Assembly: GCA_035308265.1 (NCBI GenBank)
Contig: DATGHB010000403.1
Location: forward strand, 1-59,046
Direction of reading: 5' to 3'
Source: Roseiarcus sp.
GTDB lineage: Bacteria; Pseudomonadota; Alphaproteobacteria; Rhizobiales; Beijerinckiaceae
DNA length: 59,046 bases
Shown: piece by piece, positions 37,109 to 47,108 of the stretch
Numbering within the stretch: the stretch's first letter is position 1
Layout: each line of letters opens with the position of its first letter
Made by a program: the position numbers and the translations under genes
The notes under the pieces: generated by a model
Told to the model about the DNA's origin: nothing
The model's database searches: none
Seen by the model: the letters and a program-made list of their open reading frames with translations, nothing else

Positions 37109-38590
37109 TCAATGCGCATTGTCGCCAGCAAATATGACCAAAACTGTCCTTATCATGACCGCAAGGTCGAGCCAAACGCTCCAATTGTTGATGTACCAGA
37201 CATCGAGTTCGACCCGTCGCTCCATCTTGTCGAGCGTATCGGTCTCGCCGCGGGCGCCGTGAACCTGCGCCCAGCCCGTTATGCCGGATTTCACGTGGTG
37301 GCGGAACGCGTATTTCTCGATCGCGGACGTGAAATAGCGGTCATGCGCCGAGGCGTGCGGACGCGGACCCACCAGCGACATATCGCCGAGGAACACATTG
37401 ATCAATTGCGGCAGTTCGTCGACGCTGTAGCGGCGCAAAAACCGGCCAACCCTTGTCACGCGCTTGTCATCCCTTTGCGCCTGGGGAACGACGTCGCCGT
37501 TTTCCATGACCGTCATGGTGCGGAACTTGTAGATTCGGAACGGCCGCCCGTTGAATCCATGCCGCGTCTGCCGGAACAGCGCCGGGCCGGACGAGTCCAG
37601 CCGGATCGCAATCGCGGCGCCAAGCAGGATGGGCGACAGGACGATCAGGCCGATAGACGAAAAAACAACGTCGATCGTGCGCTTGACCGCCTGCTCGCCC
37701 GGCGACAGGGCCGCGCGTTGAAGCTCGATCGCAACCGTATCGCCGATGTCGTAGCGCGCGCGGCGGAACAGTTGCGCGAGCGTTCCGAACGGGACCAGCG
37801 TGACCGGTAGCGGCAGCACCCTGAGGCGCCGCGCCGCCTCACGCACGTAGGACATGTGCTCCGGATCGATGAACAGCATGACCTCTTCGATCACCGAGCT
37901 GCGGCAGAGCGAAATGACCTTGTCGATCACCTCCTCCGCCCCCGGTCCGCCGTCCGGCATGCAGAAATGGGCCGCCGTGTGATAGCCGTGGCGGGTCAAA
38001 TTCTCGGTGAACTCGGGCGGAACCCGCTCTTCGCAAGTCAGGCTGACAATCGTGCGGCCCCGCAGCGCGCCGCTCTCCAGCGCGCGGGGGAGCGCGAATC
38101 TCCATGCCGCCCGGTGGCCGAGAAGCGCCGCGACGCCGATCGCCCAGAACAGGAGAACGTCGCCGCGCGACAGGTCGTGGCTCACCCCCCAGCTGAAAAC
38201 GCCCGAAGCCAAGATCAGGAAGGCCCCGCACCACGCGCCGAGCACGCTGCGGGCCTGGTCGTCCCACACCATTAGCCGGGTCGGGCTGTAGAGTCTCTGC
38301 AGCCGCATCACCGCGACGAAAAGAACGGCGACGAAGATGGCCGCCGCAAGAGTGTGAGAATATTCGCCCGCGAACGCATCGGGAATGTTGCTGTAGATCG
38401 CCTTGGCGAGGGTCGCGCTCCCCAGGATCAGCGCCAGGTCGATGCAGAGCGCGGTCGACGCGATCCCTCCATAGGAGATCGGCAGCCGCCAGCGCGTTCC
38501 GGACTCAATGAGCGCCCGCCCGGCCGCTCCCGGAAGGCCGGCCGCCGATTCAGGCGCGATTTGACTCTCACTTGTCATCTGCGGGCTCAC
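37109..38590 (-). CDS. Undecaprenyl-phosphate glucose phosphotransferase (WcaJ-like priming glycosyltransferase)
   Basis: N-terminal TM helices; KRTIDV, YKFRTM, DELPQLINVFLGDMSLVGPRPHA and GITGWAQV motifs. Confidence 0.93.
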   Translation of the reverse strand: MSPQMTSESQIAPESAAGLPGAAGRALIESGTRWRLPISYGGIASTALCIDLALILGSATLAKAIYSNIPDAFAGEYSHTLAAAIFVAVLFVAVMRLQRLYSPTRLMVWDDQARSVLGAWCGAFLILASGVFSWGVSHDLSRGDVLLFWAIGVAALLGHRAAWRFALPRALESGALRGRTIVSLTCEERVPPEFTENLTRHGYHTAAHFCMPDGGPGAEEVIDKVISLCRSSVIEEVMLFIDPEHMSYVREAARRLRVLPLPVTLVPFGTLAQLFRRARYDIGDTVAIELQRAALSPGEQAVKRTIDVVFSSIGLIVLSPILLGAAIAIRLDSSGPALFRQTRHGFNGRPFRIYKFRTMTVMENGDVVPQAQRDDKRVTRVGRFLRRYSVDELPQLINVFLGDMSLVGPRPHASAHDRYFTSAIEKYAFRHHVKSGITGWAQVHGARGETDTLDKMERRVELDVWYINNWSVWLDLAVMIRTVLVIFAGDNAH

Positions 38591-38729
38591 GCTTTCTTGA
38601 GGAACGCCCAGCGTCTTCGCACGTCCCGGGTCCCTCGTTGAAAAATCCGGCTACGACGGTAAAATTCCACCGTCATGTTATGGATGACGTCCAGCCGTCG
38701 CGCAAGCCCAGAAGCGGCGCCGGCCGTCG

Positions 38730-38767
38730 AGCGCGCTGCAATTGAACAGCGCGCTGCAATTGAACAG
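38730..38767. repeat. Perfect 18-bp tandem duplication
   Basis: AGCGCGCTGCAATTGAAC twice (38730-38765) followed by AG. Confidence 0.85.
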
Positions 38768-38995
38768 ATTGCAATGTAAGCAAATCTCGGTCCAAGACAA
38801 GCTGTCCCGGATTAGGACGGCCGCCCGACAGCCGCGCGGCGTCCGCTTCTTGAACCGCCAGAAGCGCTTGGACCTCGCCAAATATGTCGGTTGACGTCCG
38901 GGTGTCTGGACAGGCGAAACTTGGCGAGTTATGGGACGGTTCCGTCGCAGCGGGCGGTTTGACTAAGAACAACGTGGACACAGACTGGAGCCCTG

Positions 38996-39448
38996 ATGTT
39001 TAGCGCTCTCGTGATTCTGTTTCGGATCGTCACCGGTCTGGTTATACTTGGCGGCGCGTGGTTCGTATTCGATAATATTCAAGATAGGAACACAGAAATT
39101 GTCGTAGCAACCATAGGTCTTCTGTATTCATTCATATTCATTATTTCTGGTCGGCTCCAGTATTTTGGACTGACGGTGTTCTCGGTCTTTGGCAGAGCGT
39201 CATCCTATGTCCAAAAGATCCCCTACGACCATATGATGCGTGATGAGATCGGACTACGATCTTCCCGAAACTTTACATTCCTCAATGTCATTTTTGCGGC
39301 GCTGATCGAGATTCTCTGCCTGTTCCGCCTCTTCGCGTCTCTTTTGGGCCACGCCTCGCTTTTGGGCCGCGGCTGGGACGCGTTGTCCGAACCGATCCGC
39401 TCATTGGCGCAGCCCATCCTCACACTCCTCCATTCTGCCAATTTCTAG
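38996..39448 (+). CDS. Hypothetical membrane protein
   Basis: GGAG RBS, 150 aa with about three hydrophobic segments, visibly AT-richer than neighbours. Confidence 0.65.
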   Translation: MFSALVILFRIVTGLVILGGAWFVFDNIQDRNTEIVVATIGLLYSFIFIISGRLQYFGLTVFSVFGRASSYVQKIPYDHMMRDEIGLRSSRNFTFLNVIFAALIEILCLFRLFASLLGHASLLGRGWDALSEPIRSLAQPILTLLHSANF

Positions 39449-39542
39449 ACATTTATTTCGCGTTGGAGCCTTCGTTGCGCCTTCTTGTCCGCTCCTGGCG
39501 GGCTATGCCAAGGCTGTTCGTGCGCCCCGGCAAGGGAGAACC

Positions 39543-40232
39543 ATGACGATCGCGGCGAAAGCCTTGAGCCTCGGTTGCGCCGCGCTCGCGGTTTCGCTCA
39601 TGCCGAGCCTCGCTCGGGCGCAATCGGATCAAGCCGATCTCAGGGCGTTCGCCGTTCATATCAACCGCACGCCGCGGCAGCCATGGCCCGGCTACGGCGT
39701 TTATCTCGGCAATGGCCTCGTTCTCACCGCGGCGCACGTGGCAGGGAATGTGGCGCAAACGAAGCCCCATGTCGTCATCGCGGGCCAAGACCTGCCGGCG
39801 GCGCTCATCAAGCAAGGCAGCCTCGAGGGCGTGGATCTGACGCTGTTGTCGATCGACGGGACGAAGCTGCCGGTCCGTCTGCAGATGCGCCGCATGCCGC
39901 TGTGCGAGCAATCGCCCTACCCTGGCGAACTGGTCGTCGTCGCCATTCCCGAGGGAACCGCCCCCTCCAGGATTCTGCCTCGCCGCGCGATTCCGGCCGA
40001 CCTGCGCGGGCGATTCGGCACCGCGATCGCCGACGTCGCCTCGACCGGGAATTCGGGGTCGGGCGTGTTTGACGCGGCTGATTTGTGCCTGCTCGGGATC
40101 ATGAGCCGCAAGATTTCGGTCACCCGACAGCCGCTCAAGATCGGCGCGCCTTCCCGCACGATAGACATCGCCAAGTATTTCGTCCCGGCGGCGACGATCA
40201 AAGCCTTCATCCCGCAGAGCGTCTCGTTTTAG
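39543..40232 (+). CDS. Exported trypsin-like serine protease
   Basis: Signal peptide; LTAAHV, DLTLL and GNSGSG triad motifs. Confidence 0.88.
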   Translation: MTIAAKALSLGCAALAVSLMPSLARAQSDQADLRAFAVHINRTPRQPWPGYGVYLGNGLVLTAAHVAGNVAQTKPHVVIAGQDLPAALIKQGSLEGVDLTLLSIDGTKLPVRLQMRRMPLCEQSPYPGELVVVAIPEGTAPSRILPRRAIPADLRGRFGTAIADVASTGNSGSGVFDAADLCLLGIMSRKISVTRQPLKIGAPSRTIDIAKYFVPAATIKAFIPQSVSF

Positions 40233-40449
40233 AGCGCATCCCGCCAGCGCCCAGGACGCGCGCCGGTCAAATTTGGTTGATGACCCCCCAAGCCGGGCAA
40301 AAGAATGATATGGCGCGTTATCCCGCGAGGACCGGCGCCCGCCAGCGCCTGCGTGCTGGGGGAGTCCGGCGCAGCGCGCACAGTCGCGCGCCCGCGTGAA
40401 GGCGGCTGGTCCGCGCGCTTCGCCGGGGGTTGCAGAGAGGCTTTCGACC

Positions 40450-41667
40450 ATGAGGTCCGCCCGGTTCGCGTGGATTGCGGTCGCGGCGTGCGCCGCAGTT
40501 GCGGCTTATGGCGTTTATGCGCCGGCGACAGCCGACCGCTGGCTTCCGGCCGCCGGCTCCCTCGCCCACCGGCTGCACGACCGGATCTGGGCGCCGTCCG
40601 CTCAGACCGCGGCGGCGCCCGGCGGGGGTGAGCGCGGTCAAACAACCGGCTCGGCGCGGATCGTCGTCACGGTGACGCCGGTCAAGCGGGCGGATTATCC
40701 GGTCATCCTCCAGAGCATCGGACAGGTCCAGGCCTACAACACCGTTCTCGTCCGGGCCCGGGTCGATGGCCAGATCATGAAGATCGCCTTCAAGGAAGGT
40801 CAAATGGTCAAGCAGGGCGATCTTCTGGCCCAGATCGACGCCAGACCGTTTCAGGCCGCGCTCGACCAGGCCGTCGCCAAGAAATCGCAGGACGAGGCCA
40901 ATCTCGCCAACGCAAAGCTCGATCTGGCTCGCTTCGCTACGCTCGCCAAGCAGGACTTCGCCACCAGGCAGCAACTCGACACCCAGAACGCCATGGTGCT
41001 GCAGCTCACCGCCTCGATCGCGGCCGACACTGGGGCGATCGACGCCGCGCGGACCCAACTCGATTACACGACCATCCGCGCCCCGATCTCGGGCCGCGCG
41101 GGGTTCCGTCTCATCGACGAGGGCAATCTCGTCAGCGCAGGACAGCAGACCGGCATCGTTTCGATCGCGCAGTTGCAGCCGATCGCCGTCATATTCGCCG
41201 AGCCGCAGGAATACGTGACGCGCATCAACGAGGAATTGGCCGCAGGCTCGCCCGAAGTCACGGTCATGGACGCGGAAGGGCGCAAGCTCGCGACCGGGCG
41301 TTTGTCGATCAGCGACAACCAGGTCGATCTGGCCACCGGGACGATCCGGCTGAAGGCCGAGTTCGACAACAAGGACAACGCGCTCTGGCCGGGCCTCGCG
41401 GTCACCACCGGGTTGCAGCTCGGAGTGGACAAGGACGTCTTGATTGTCCCCACTGAGGTGGTGCAACATGGTCAAAACGGGCTCTATGTCTTTGTCGTCG
41501 ACGATCAGAACCGGGCCGAGGCGCGCCCGGTGAAGGTCGCCCATGAGGATACGACGACGGCAGTCATCTCGGATGGCCTCAAGGAGGGCGACCGCGTGGT
41601 GACATCCGGTCAGTTCCTGCTTCAGCCCGGGTCGATCGTCTCCATCGACACGGGAAGCGGAACCTAG
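40450..41667 (+). CDS. RND efflux periplasmic adaptor (MdtA-like)
   Basis: VRARVDGQI, VKQGDLLAQID, IRAPISGRAG and DNQVDLATGTIRLKAEF motifs. Confidence 0.93.
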   Translation: MRSARFAWIAVAACAAVAAYGVYAPATADRWLPAAGSLAHRLHDRIWAPSAQTAAAPGGGERGQTTGSARIVVTVTPVKRADYPVILQSIGQVQAYNTVLVRARVDGQIMKIAFKEGQMVKQGDLLAQIDARPFQAALDQAVAKKSQDEANLANAKLDLARFATLAKQDFATRQQLDTQNAMVLQLTASIAADTGAIDAARTQLDYTTIRAPISGRAGFRLIDEGNLVSAGQQTGIVSIAQLQPIAVIFAEPQEYVTRINEELAAGSPEVTVMDAEGRKLATGRLSISDNQVDLATGTIRLKAEFDNKDNALWPGLAVTTGLQLGVDKDVLIVPTEVVQHGQNGLYVFVVDDQNRAEARPVKVAHEDTTTAVISDGLKEGDRVVTSGQFLLQPGSIVSIDTGSGT

Positions 41668-44600
41668 ATGTACAAGGGCCTCTCCGCCCCCTTTATCCAT
41701 CGCCCGATCGCGACCACGCTCATCATGGTTGCGGTGCTTTTGGTCGGCCTGGTCGCCTTCCCGTCGCTGCCGGTCGCCCCCCTGCCGCAGGTCGACTTTC
41801 CAACCATCACCGTCTCGGCTCAGCTGCCCGGCGCTTCCCCCGACACGATGGCGAGTTCGGTCGCCCAACCGCTCGAACGGCAGATCGCGCAGATTCCCGG
41901 CGTGTCGCAGATGACGTCGACGAGTTCGCTCGGCGCGACGGCGATCGCGGTTCAGTTCGATCTCAACCGCAATATCGACGCCGCCGCCAACGACGTCCAG
42001 GCCGCGATCAACGCCGCCGCCGGGCAGCTGCCGAAGGATCTGCCCAGTCCGCCGACCTACCGCAAAGTCAACCCCTCGGACACGGCGATCCTCATCCTGT
42101 CCGTGCAGTCGGACGTCGCGCCGGTCATCGACGTCGATGACGCCGCCGAAAACATCCTCGCCCAGCATTTAAGCCAGATCGCGGGCGTCTCGCTGGTGCG
42201 CGTCGGCGGCCAGCAGACGCCGGCCATACGCATCCAGATCGATCCCGCCAAGCTGGTTGAGAAGGGGTTGCAGCTCGAGGACGTGCGCCAGCAGATCGGC
42301 ATCGCGACTGTCGACAGTCCCAAGGGCGCGATCATCGGTCCGAAACAGACTTTCACCATCCAGGACAACGATCAATTGACCCAGGCCAAGGCCTGGAACG
42401 ACGTCATCATCGCCTATCGCAACGGGGCGCCGGTGCGGGTGCGTGACATCGGGCAGGCGGTGGCGGGACCCCAGGACACGACCCAGGCGGCGTGGAGCGA
42501 CGGCAAGCCCAGCGTCTTTCTCGTCGTGTTCAAGATTCCCGGCGCGAACGTCATCAAAACCGTCGAGGCGATCAAGAGCACGCTATCAAGCCTGGAGGCG
42601 TCGATCCCGCCGACCATTCATGTCAGCATTCTTTCCGACCGCACGACGAATATTCGCGCCTCCGTGGATGACGTCGAGATCACGCTCGCGCTCACTTTCG
42701 TGCTGGTGGTGATGGTGATCTTCGTGTTCCTGCGCAGCGTCCGGGCGACAATCATTCCGAGCGTCACGGTGCCGCTCGCGCTGCTGGGCGCGTGTGCGCT
42801 CATGTGGGTTGCCGGCTACAGCCTCGACAATCTCTCGCTGATGGCGTTCACCATCTCCGTCGGCTTTGTCGTCGACGACGCGATCGTGATGCTGGAGAAC
42901 ATCACCCGCCACATCGAGAACGGGGAAAAGCCGCTTCAGGCTGCGCTCAGGGGGTCCTCCGAGATCGGCTTCACCATCATATCGATCTCCGTTTCGCTGA
43001 TCGCGGTGCTCATTCCGCTCCTGATGATGAGCGGAATCATCGGCCGCCTGTTCCGCGAATTCTCGATCACCATCGCGATGACCATCTTCGTCTCGGCCTT
43101 CGTCTCGCTGACGCTGACCCCGATGATGGCGTCGCGTTTCCTCAAGAGCCACGACGAGGAGCGGCACGGCCGCCTCTACAGACTCAGCGAGAGGGGCTTC
43201 GTCGCGCTCGCCCAGGGCTACGAGCGCGGCATCGATTTCGTGCTGCGCCACCGCTTCCCCACGCTCATCGTCTTCATCGGCACAGTGATCGCCACCGGCT
43301 ATCTGTTCGTCGTCATCCCGAAGGGGTTCTTCCCGCAACAGGACACCGGCGTTCTATACGGGACGACGGAAGCCGGCCAAGATGTCTCCTTTCCGGTCAT
43401 GTCCCGCCTGCAGCAGGAAGTCGGTCGGGTCGTGATGGCCGATCCAGCCGTCGACACGGTTGCGATGGGACTGGGGTCCGGGGTCGGCGCATCGGCGCAG
43501 AACTCCGGGCGCATGTTCATTCAGTTGAAGCCGTTCGACGAGCGCGACGTCGATATCTTTGGCGTGATCAGACGTCTGCGGCCGAAGCTCGCGCAAATTC
43601 CGGGCGTGCGGGTCTACCTGTTCGCCGCCCAAGACGTGACGGTCGGCGCACGCTTCGCCAAGACCCAGTTCCAGTACACTCTGCAGGACGCCAACCTCGA
43701 GGAGCTCAACGCCTGGGCGGTCAAGATCCTCGAGAAGCTGCAAACGCTGCCCGAATTGCGCGACGTCGCGACGGACCAGCAAAACGCCGGCACGACGCTG
43801 ACCCTCAAGATCGACCGCGACATGGCCTCGCGCTACGGAATCCAGCCCCAGCTCATCGACGACACGCTTTATGACGCGTTCGGCCAGCGCGAGGTCACGC
43901 AATATTTCACCCAGGTGAACACCTATTATGTGATCGAGGAGGTGCTGCCGCAACTCGTGGGCGATCCCGCGACCCTCGACAAGATCTACATCCGCTCGCC
44001 GACGACCAACCAGATGGTGCCGGTGAGCGCCTTCGCCAAATGGACGACGGCGCCGGTAGCCCCGCTCTCGATCAGCCACCAGGGTCAATTTCCGGCGATC
44101 ACCATCAGCTTCAACCTCGCGCAAGGCATCGCGCTCGGCACGGCCACGGAGGCCATCGAGCGCGCCATGCGCCAGTTGCAATTGCCGCAGGGTCTGACGA
44201 CGACCTTCCAGGGCAACGCCCAGGCGTTCCAGGATTCGCTGACCAGCGTGCCGCTGCTCATCCTGGCCGCGCTCATCTGCGTCTACCTGATCCTCGGGGT
44301 GCTCTATGAGAGCTTCATTCACCCGCTGACCATTCTGTCGACGCTGCCGTCGGCGGGCCTTGGCGCGCTGGCCACGCTGATGCTGTTCGGCTTCGAGTTC
44401 AGCCTCGTCGCCCTTATCGGCGCGATCCTGCTGATCGGGATCGTGAAGAAGAACGGCATCATGATGGTCGACTTCGCCATCGGCGCCACCCGCGAAGAGG
44501 GACTGAGCGCGGTCGAGGCGATCCGCAAGGCGGCGCTCCTGCGTTTCCGCCCGATCATGATGACGACCATGGCGGCGCTGCTCGGCGGCGTGCCGCTCAT

Positions 44601-44823
44601 GCTGAGCCACGGCGCCGGATCCGAAATGCGTCAGCCGCTCGGCTACACGATGGTCGGCGGCCTGCTCGTCAGTCAGGCGCTGACCCTGTTCACGACCCCA
44701 GTGATTTATCTCTATCTCGACCGGTTCTCGCACTGGATCTCCGGATCTAAGGGAACCAAGCCGCCGGCGGCGAGGAAGCCGGAGCCAGCCTGGGTTCCCG
44801 AGAAGGCCCAGGCGGCGGAATGA
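41668..44823 (+). CDS. RND efflux permease (MdtB/MdtC-like)
   Basis: RPIATTL, GFVVDDAIVMLENI, GIVKKNGIMMVDFA and RFRPIMMTT motifs. Confidence 0.95.
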   Translation: MYKGLSAPFIHRPIATTLIMVAVLLVGLVAFPSLPVAPLPQVDFPTITVSAQLPGASPDTMASSVAQPLERQIAQIPGVSQMTSTSSLGATAIAVQFDLNRNIDAAANDVQAAINAAAGQLPKDLPSPPTYRKVNPSDTAILILSVQSDVAPVIDVDDAAENILAQHLSQIAGVSLVRVGGQQTPAIRIQIDPAKLVEKGLQLEDVRQQIGIATVDSPKGAIIGPKQTFTIQDNDQLTQAKAWNDVIIAYRNGAPVRVRDIGQAVAGPQDTTQAAWSDGKPSVFLVVFKIPGANVIKTVEAIKSTLSSLEASIPPTIHVSILSDRTTNIRASVDDVEITLALTFVLVVMVIFVFLRSVRATIIPSVTVPLALLGACALMWVAGYSLDNLSLMAFTISVGFVVDDAIVMLENITRHIENGEKPLQAALRGSSEIGFTIISISVSLIAVLIPLLMMSGIIGRLFREFSITIAMTIFVSAFVSLTLTPMMASRFLKSHDEERHGRLYRLSERGFVALAQGYERGIDFVLRHRFPTLIVFIGTVIATGYLFVVIPKGFFPQQDTGVLYGTTEAGQDVSFPVMSRLQQEVGRVVMADPAVDTVAMGLGSGVGASAQNSGRMFIQLKPFDERDVDIFGVIRRLRPKLAQIPGVRVYLFAAQDVTVGARFAKTQFQYTLQDANLEELNAWAVKILEKLQTLPELRDVATDQQNAGTTLTLKIDRDMASRYGIQPQLIDDTLYDAFGQREVTQYFTQVNTYYVIEEVLPQLVGDPATLDKIYIRSPTTNQMVPVSAFAKWTTAPVAPLSISHQGQFPAITISFNLAQGIALGTATEAIERAMRQLQLPQGLTTTFQGNAQAFQDSLTSVPLLILAALICVYLILGVLYESFIHPLTILSTLPSAGLGALATLMLFGFEFSLVALIGAILLIGIVKKNGIMMVDFAIGATREEGLSAVEAIRKAALLRFRPIMMTTMAALLGGVPLMLSHGAGSEMRQPLGYTMVGGLLVSQALTLFTTPVIYLYLDRFSHWISGSKGTKPPAARKPEPAWVPEKAQAAE

Positions 44824-44829
44824 GACCAA

Positions 44830-45052
44830 CGCGCCGCGGCGCGGGGTCAGGCCCGCGTCGCCCGGGTTGACCGCGAAGACACCGTCGATCTCGCTGAGCT
44901 TGTCGACGAGCCTCGCGATAGACCGGCCGCCGCGCAGCGAACGCCCACCCCTGCCAGTAGGCGATCGTGCCGGCGGGGATGAAGATGATGGCCAGGAACG
45001 CGACGGTTCCGACAAGGGTCGCGCGGATGACCCGAAAAGTGAGGTGGTCCAT
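44830..45052 (-). pseudogene. Gene remnant: N-terminus of an isoprenylcysteine carboxyl methyltransferase-family membrane protein
   Basis: MDHLTFRVIRATLVGTVAFLAIIFIPAGTIAYWQGWAF, after which similarity stops abruptly and the frame runs into the convergent RND gene. Confidence 0.5.
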
Positions 45053-45075
45053 GAACCCGAGGATCGCCCGACGGG

Positions 45076-46977
45076 CTAACGCGCCCGCGCCTCGAGCGCC
45101 TCCTTGATCTCGTCCAAAGCCTTCGGATCCTCGATCGTCGCCGGGGTCGACCAGGGGTCGCGGTCGGCGATCTTCTTCATCGTGCCGCGCAGGATCTTGC
45201 CCGAGCGGGTTTTCGGCAGGCGGGGCACGACGATCGCGGTCCTGAACGCGGCGACCGGGCCGATCTTCTCACGCACCAGCCCGACGACTTCCCTCTCGAT
45301 CTCGCCAGTTGGCCGGTTGACGCCCGCCTTCAAGACCAAAAACCCGCAGGGACTCTCGCCCTTGATCTCGTCCCTGACGCCGAGCACGGCGCATTCGGCG
45401 ACGTCCGGGTGGGAGGCCACGACCTCCTCCATGCCGCCGGTCGACAGGCGATGGCCGGCGACGTTGATGATGTCATCGGTCCGCCCGAGCACAGTGAGAT
45501 AGCCGTCCTCGTCGAGGAAGCCGGCGTCGGCGGTCTTGTAGAAGCCGGGGAACTCGTTGAGGTAACTCTCGCGCATGCGCCCGTCCTGGCGGTAGAGCGT
45601 CGGCAGGCAGCCGGGCGGCAGCGGCAGCTTGAGCACGATCGAACCCATCGTCCCGGGACGAACCGGCTTCGCCGCCTCGTCGACGACCCGAACGTCGTAG
45701 CCCGGCATCGCCACGCTCGGCGAGCCGCGCTTGACCGGCAGCATCCCCAAGCCGACCGGATTGGCCACGATCGGCCAGCCGGTCTCGGTCTGCCACCAGT
45801 GATCGACCACGGGGACGCCCAAAACCCTCTCGGCCCAGGCGACGGTGTCCGGATCGGCGCGCTCGCCGGCCAGGAGCAAAGTGCGCAGCGACGAGATGTC
45901 GTACTTTTTGATCAGCGAGCCTTGCGGGTCCTCCCGGCGCACGGCGCGAAAGGCGGTCGGGGCGGTGAAGAAGGCGGCGACCTTGTAATCCTGGATCACA
46001 CGCCAGAACGCGCCGGCGTCCGGAGTTCCGACCGGCTTGCCCTCGTAAAGGACGCTGGCGCAGCCGTGCACCAAAGGCCCGTAGACGATGTAGGAATGGC
46101 CGACCACCCAGCCGATGTCGGAGGCCGTCCAAAAGGTCTCTCCAGGCTTCAGCCCATAGATCGCCGACATCGACCATTTGAGCGCGACCATGTAACCGCC
46201 GATGTCGCGCACCACGCCCTTGGGCTGGCCGGTGGTGCCGGAAGTATAGAGAATATAGAGCGGGTCGGTCGCGGCGAGATCGGCGCAAGGCGCGCGCCGA
46301 CCGGCCGCCCGCGCGGCCTCGACGAGCGCCGCCCAGTCGCGGTCACGAGCGTCGTTCATCACCGCCTTGGCCTGAGCGCGCTGGAAGACGACCGAGATCT
46401 CAGGCTTGTGCCGGGCAAGCTCGATCGCCTGGTCGAGAAGGGGCTTATATTCGACGATCCGGCCGGGCTCGACGCCGCAGCTCGCGGTGAGGATGACTTT
46501 GGGCTCCGCGTCGTCGATGCGGGTCGCGAGCTCCCTTGCGGCGAAGCCGCCGAACACCACCGAATGCACCGCGCCGATGCGGGCGCAGGCGAGCATGGCG
46601 ACGATCGCCTCCGGAATCATCGGCATGTAGATCAGCGCGCGGTCGCCGCCGTCCACTCCGAGATCGGCGAGCGCCGCGCCGAGCGTCGCTGTCTCGTCGA
46701 GCAGTTCGCGATAGGTTATGGCGCGCCTGGCCCCGGTGACCGGGCTGTCGTAGTAGAGCGCGATCTGGTCGCCCCGGCCGGCCTCGACATGCCGGTCGAG
46801 CGCGTTGAAGCAGGCGTTCAGGCGCGCGTCGGGGAACCAGCGGCCATAGACGCCGGCCTCAGCATCGAAAATGCGCCCGGGCGGCTGGGTCCACGCGATC
46901 CCGCGCGCGGCCTCGGCCCAGAAGGCTTGCGGATCGGCGCGCCAGCGATCATAGGTCTCGCGATAGCCGCTGGTCAT
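45076..46977 (-). CDS. prpE: Propionyl-CoA synthetase
   Basis: HSVVFGGFA, YTSGTTGQPKGVVRD, DHWWQTETGW, NVAGHRLSTG and LPKTRSGKILR motifs. Confidence 0.88.
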   Translation of the reverse strand: MTSGYRETYDRWRADPQAFWAEAARGIAWTQPPGRIFDAEAGVYGRWFPDARLNACFNALDRHVEAGRGDQIALYYDSPVTGARRAITYRELLDETATLGAALADLGVDGGDRALIYMPMIPEAIVAMLACARIGAVHSVVFGGFAARELATRIDDAEPKVILTASCGVEPGRIVEYKPLLDQAIELARHKPEISVVFQRAQAKAVMNDARDRDWAALVEAARAAGRRAPCADLAATDPLYILYTSGTTGQPKGVVRDIGGYMVALKWSMSAIYGLKPGETFWTASDIGWVVGHSYIVYGPLVHGCASVLYEGKPVGTPDAGAFWRVIQDYKVAAFFTAPTAFRAVRREDPQGSLIKKYDISSLRTLLLAGERADPDTVAWAERVLGVPVVDHWWQTETGWPIVANPVGLGMLPVKRGSPSVAMPGYDVRVVDEAAKPVRPGTMGSIVLKLPLPPGCLPTLYRQDGRMRESYLNEFPGFYKTADAGFLDEDGYLTVLGRTDDIINVAGHRLSTGGMEEVVASHPDVAECAVLGVRDEIKGESPCGFLVLKAGVNRPTGEIEREVVGLVREKIGPVAAFRTAIVVPRLPKTRSGKILRGTMKKIADRDPWSTPATIEDPKALDEIKEALEARAR

Positions 46978-47108
46978 CGTTTCGCTCCCTTTGCCGCCGA
47001 AGTCCGGCGCGCCTTCAGAGACGCGCGCGAAATTGTTGCGCCTGGCGGGTCAAAGCGCAACGTCGGTGGAAGGCGGTCGTCGGGCAAGCGGTTCGGGGAC
47101 AGGCGGGA

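Noticed and set aside
40241-40349. 12-bp direct repeat CCCGCCAGCGCC
   Set aside because: It is short and GC-rich, so it could easily arise by chance.
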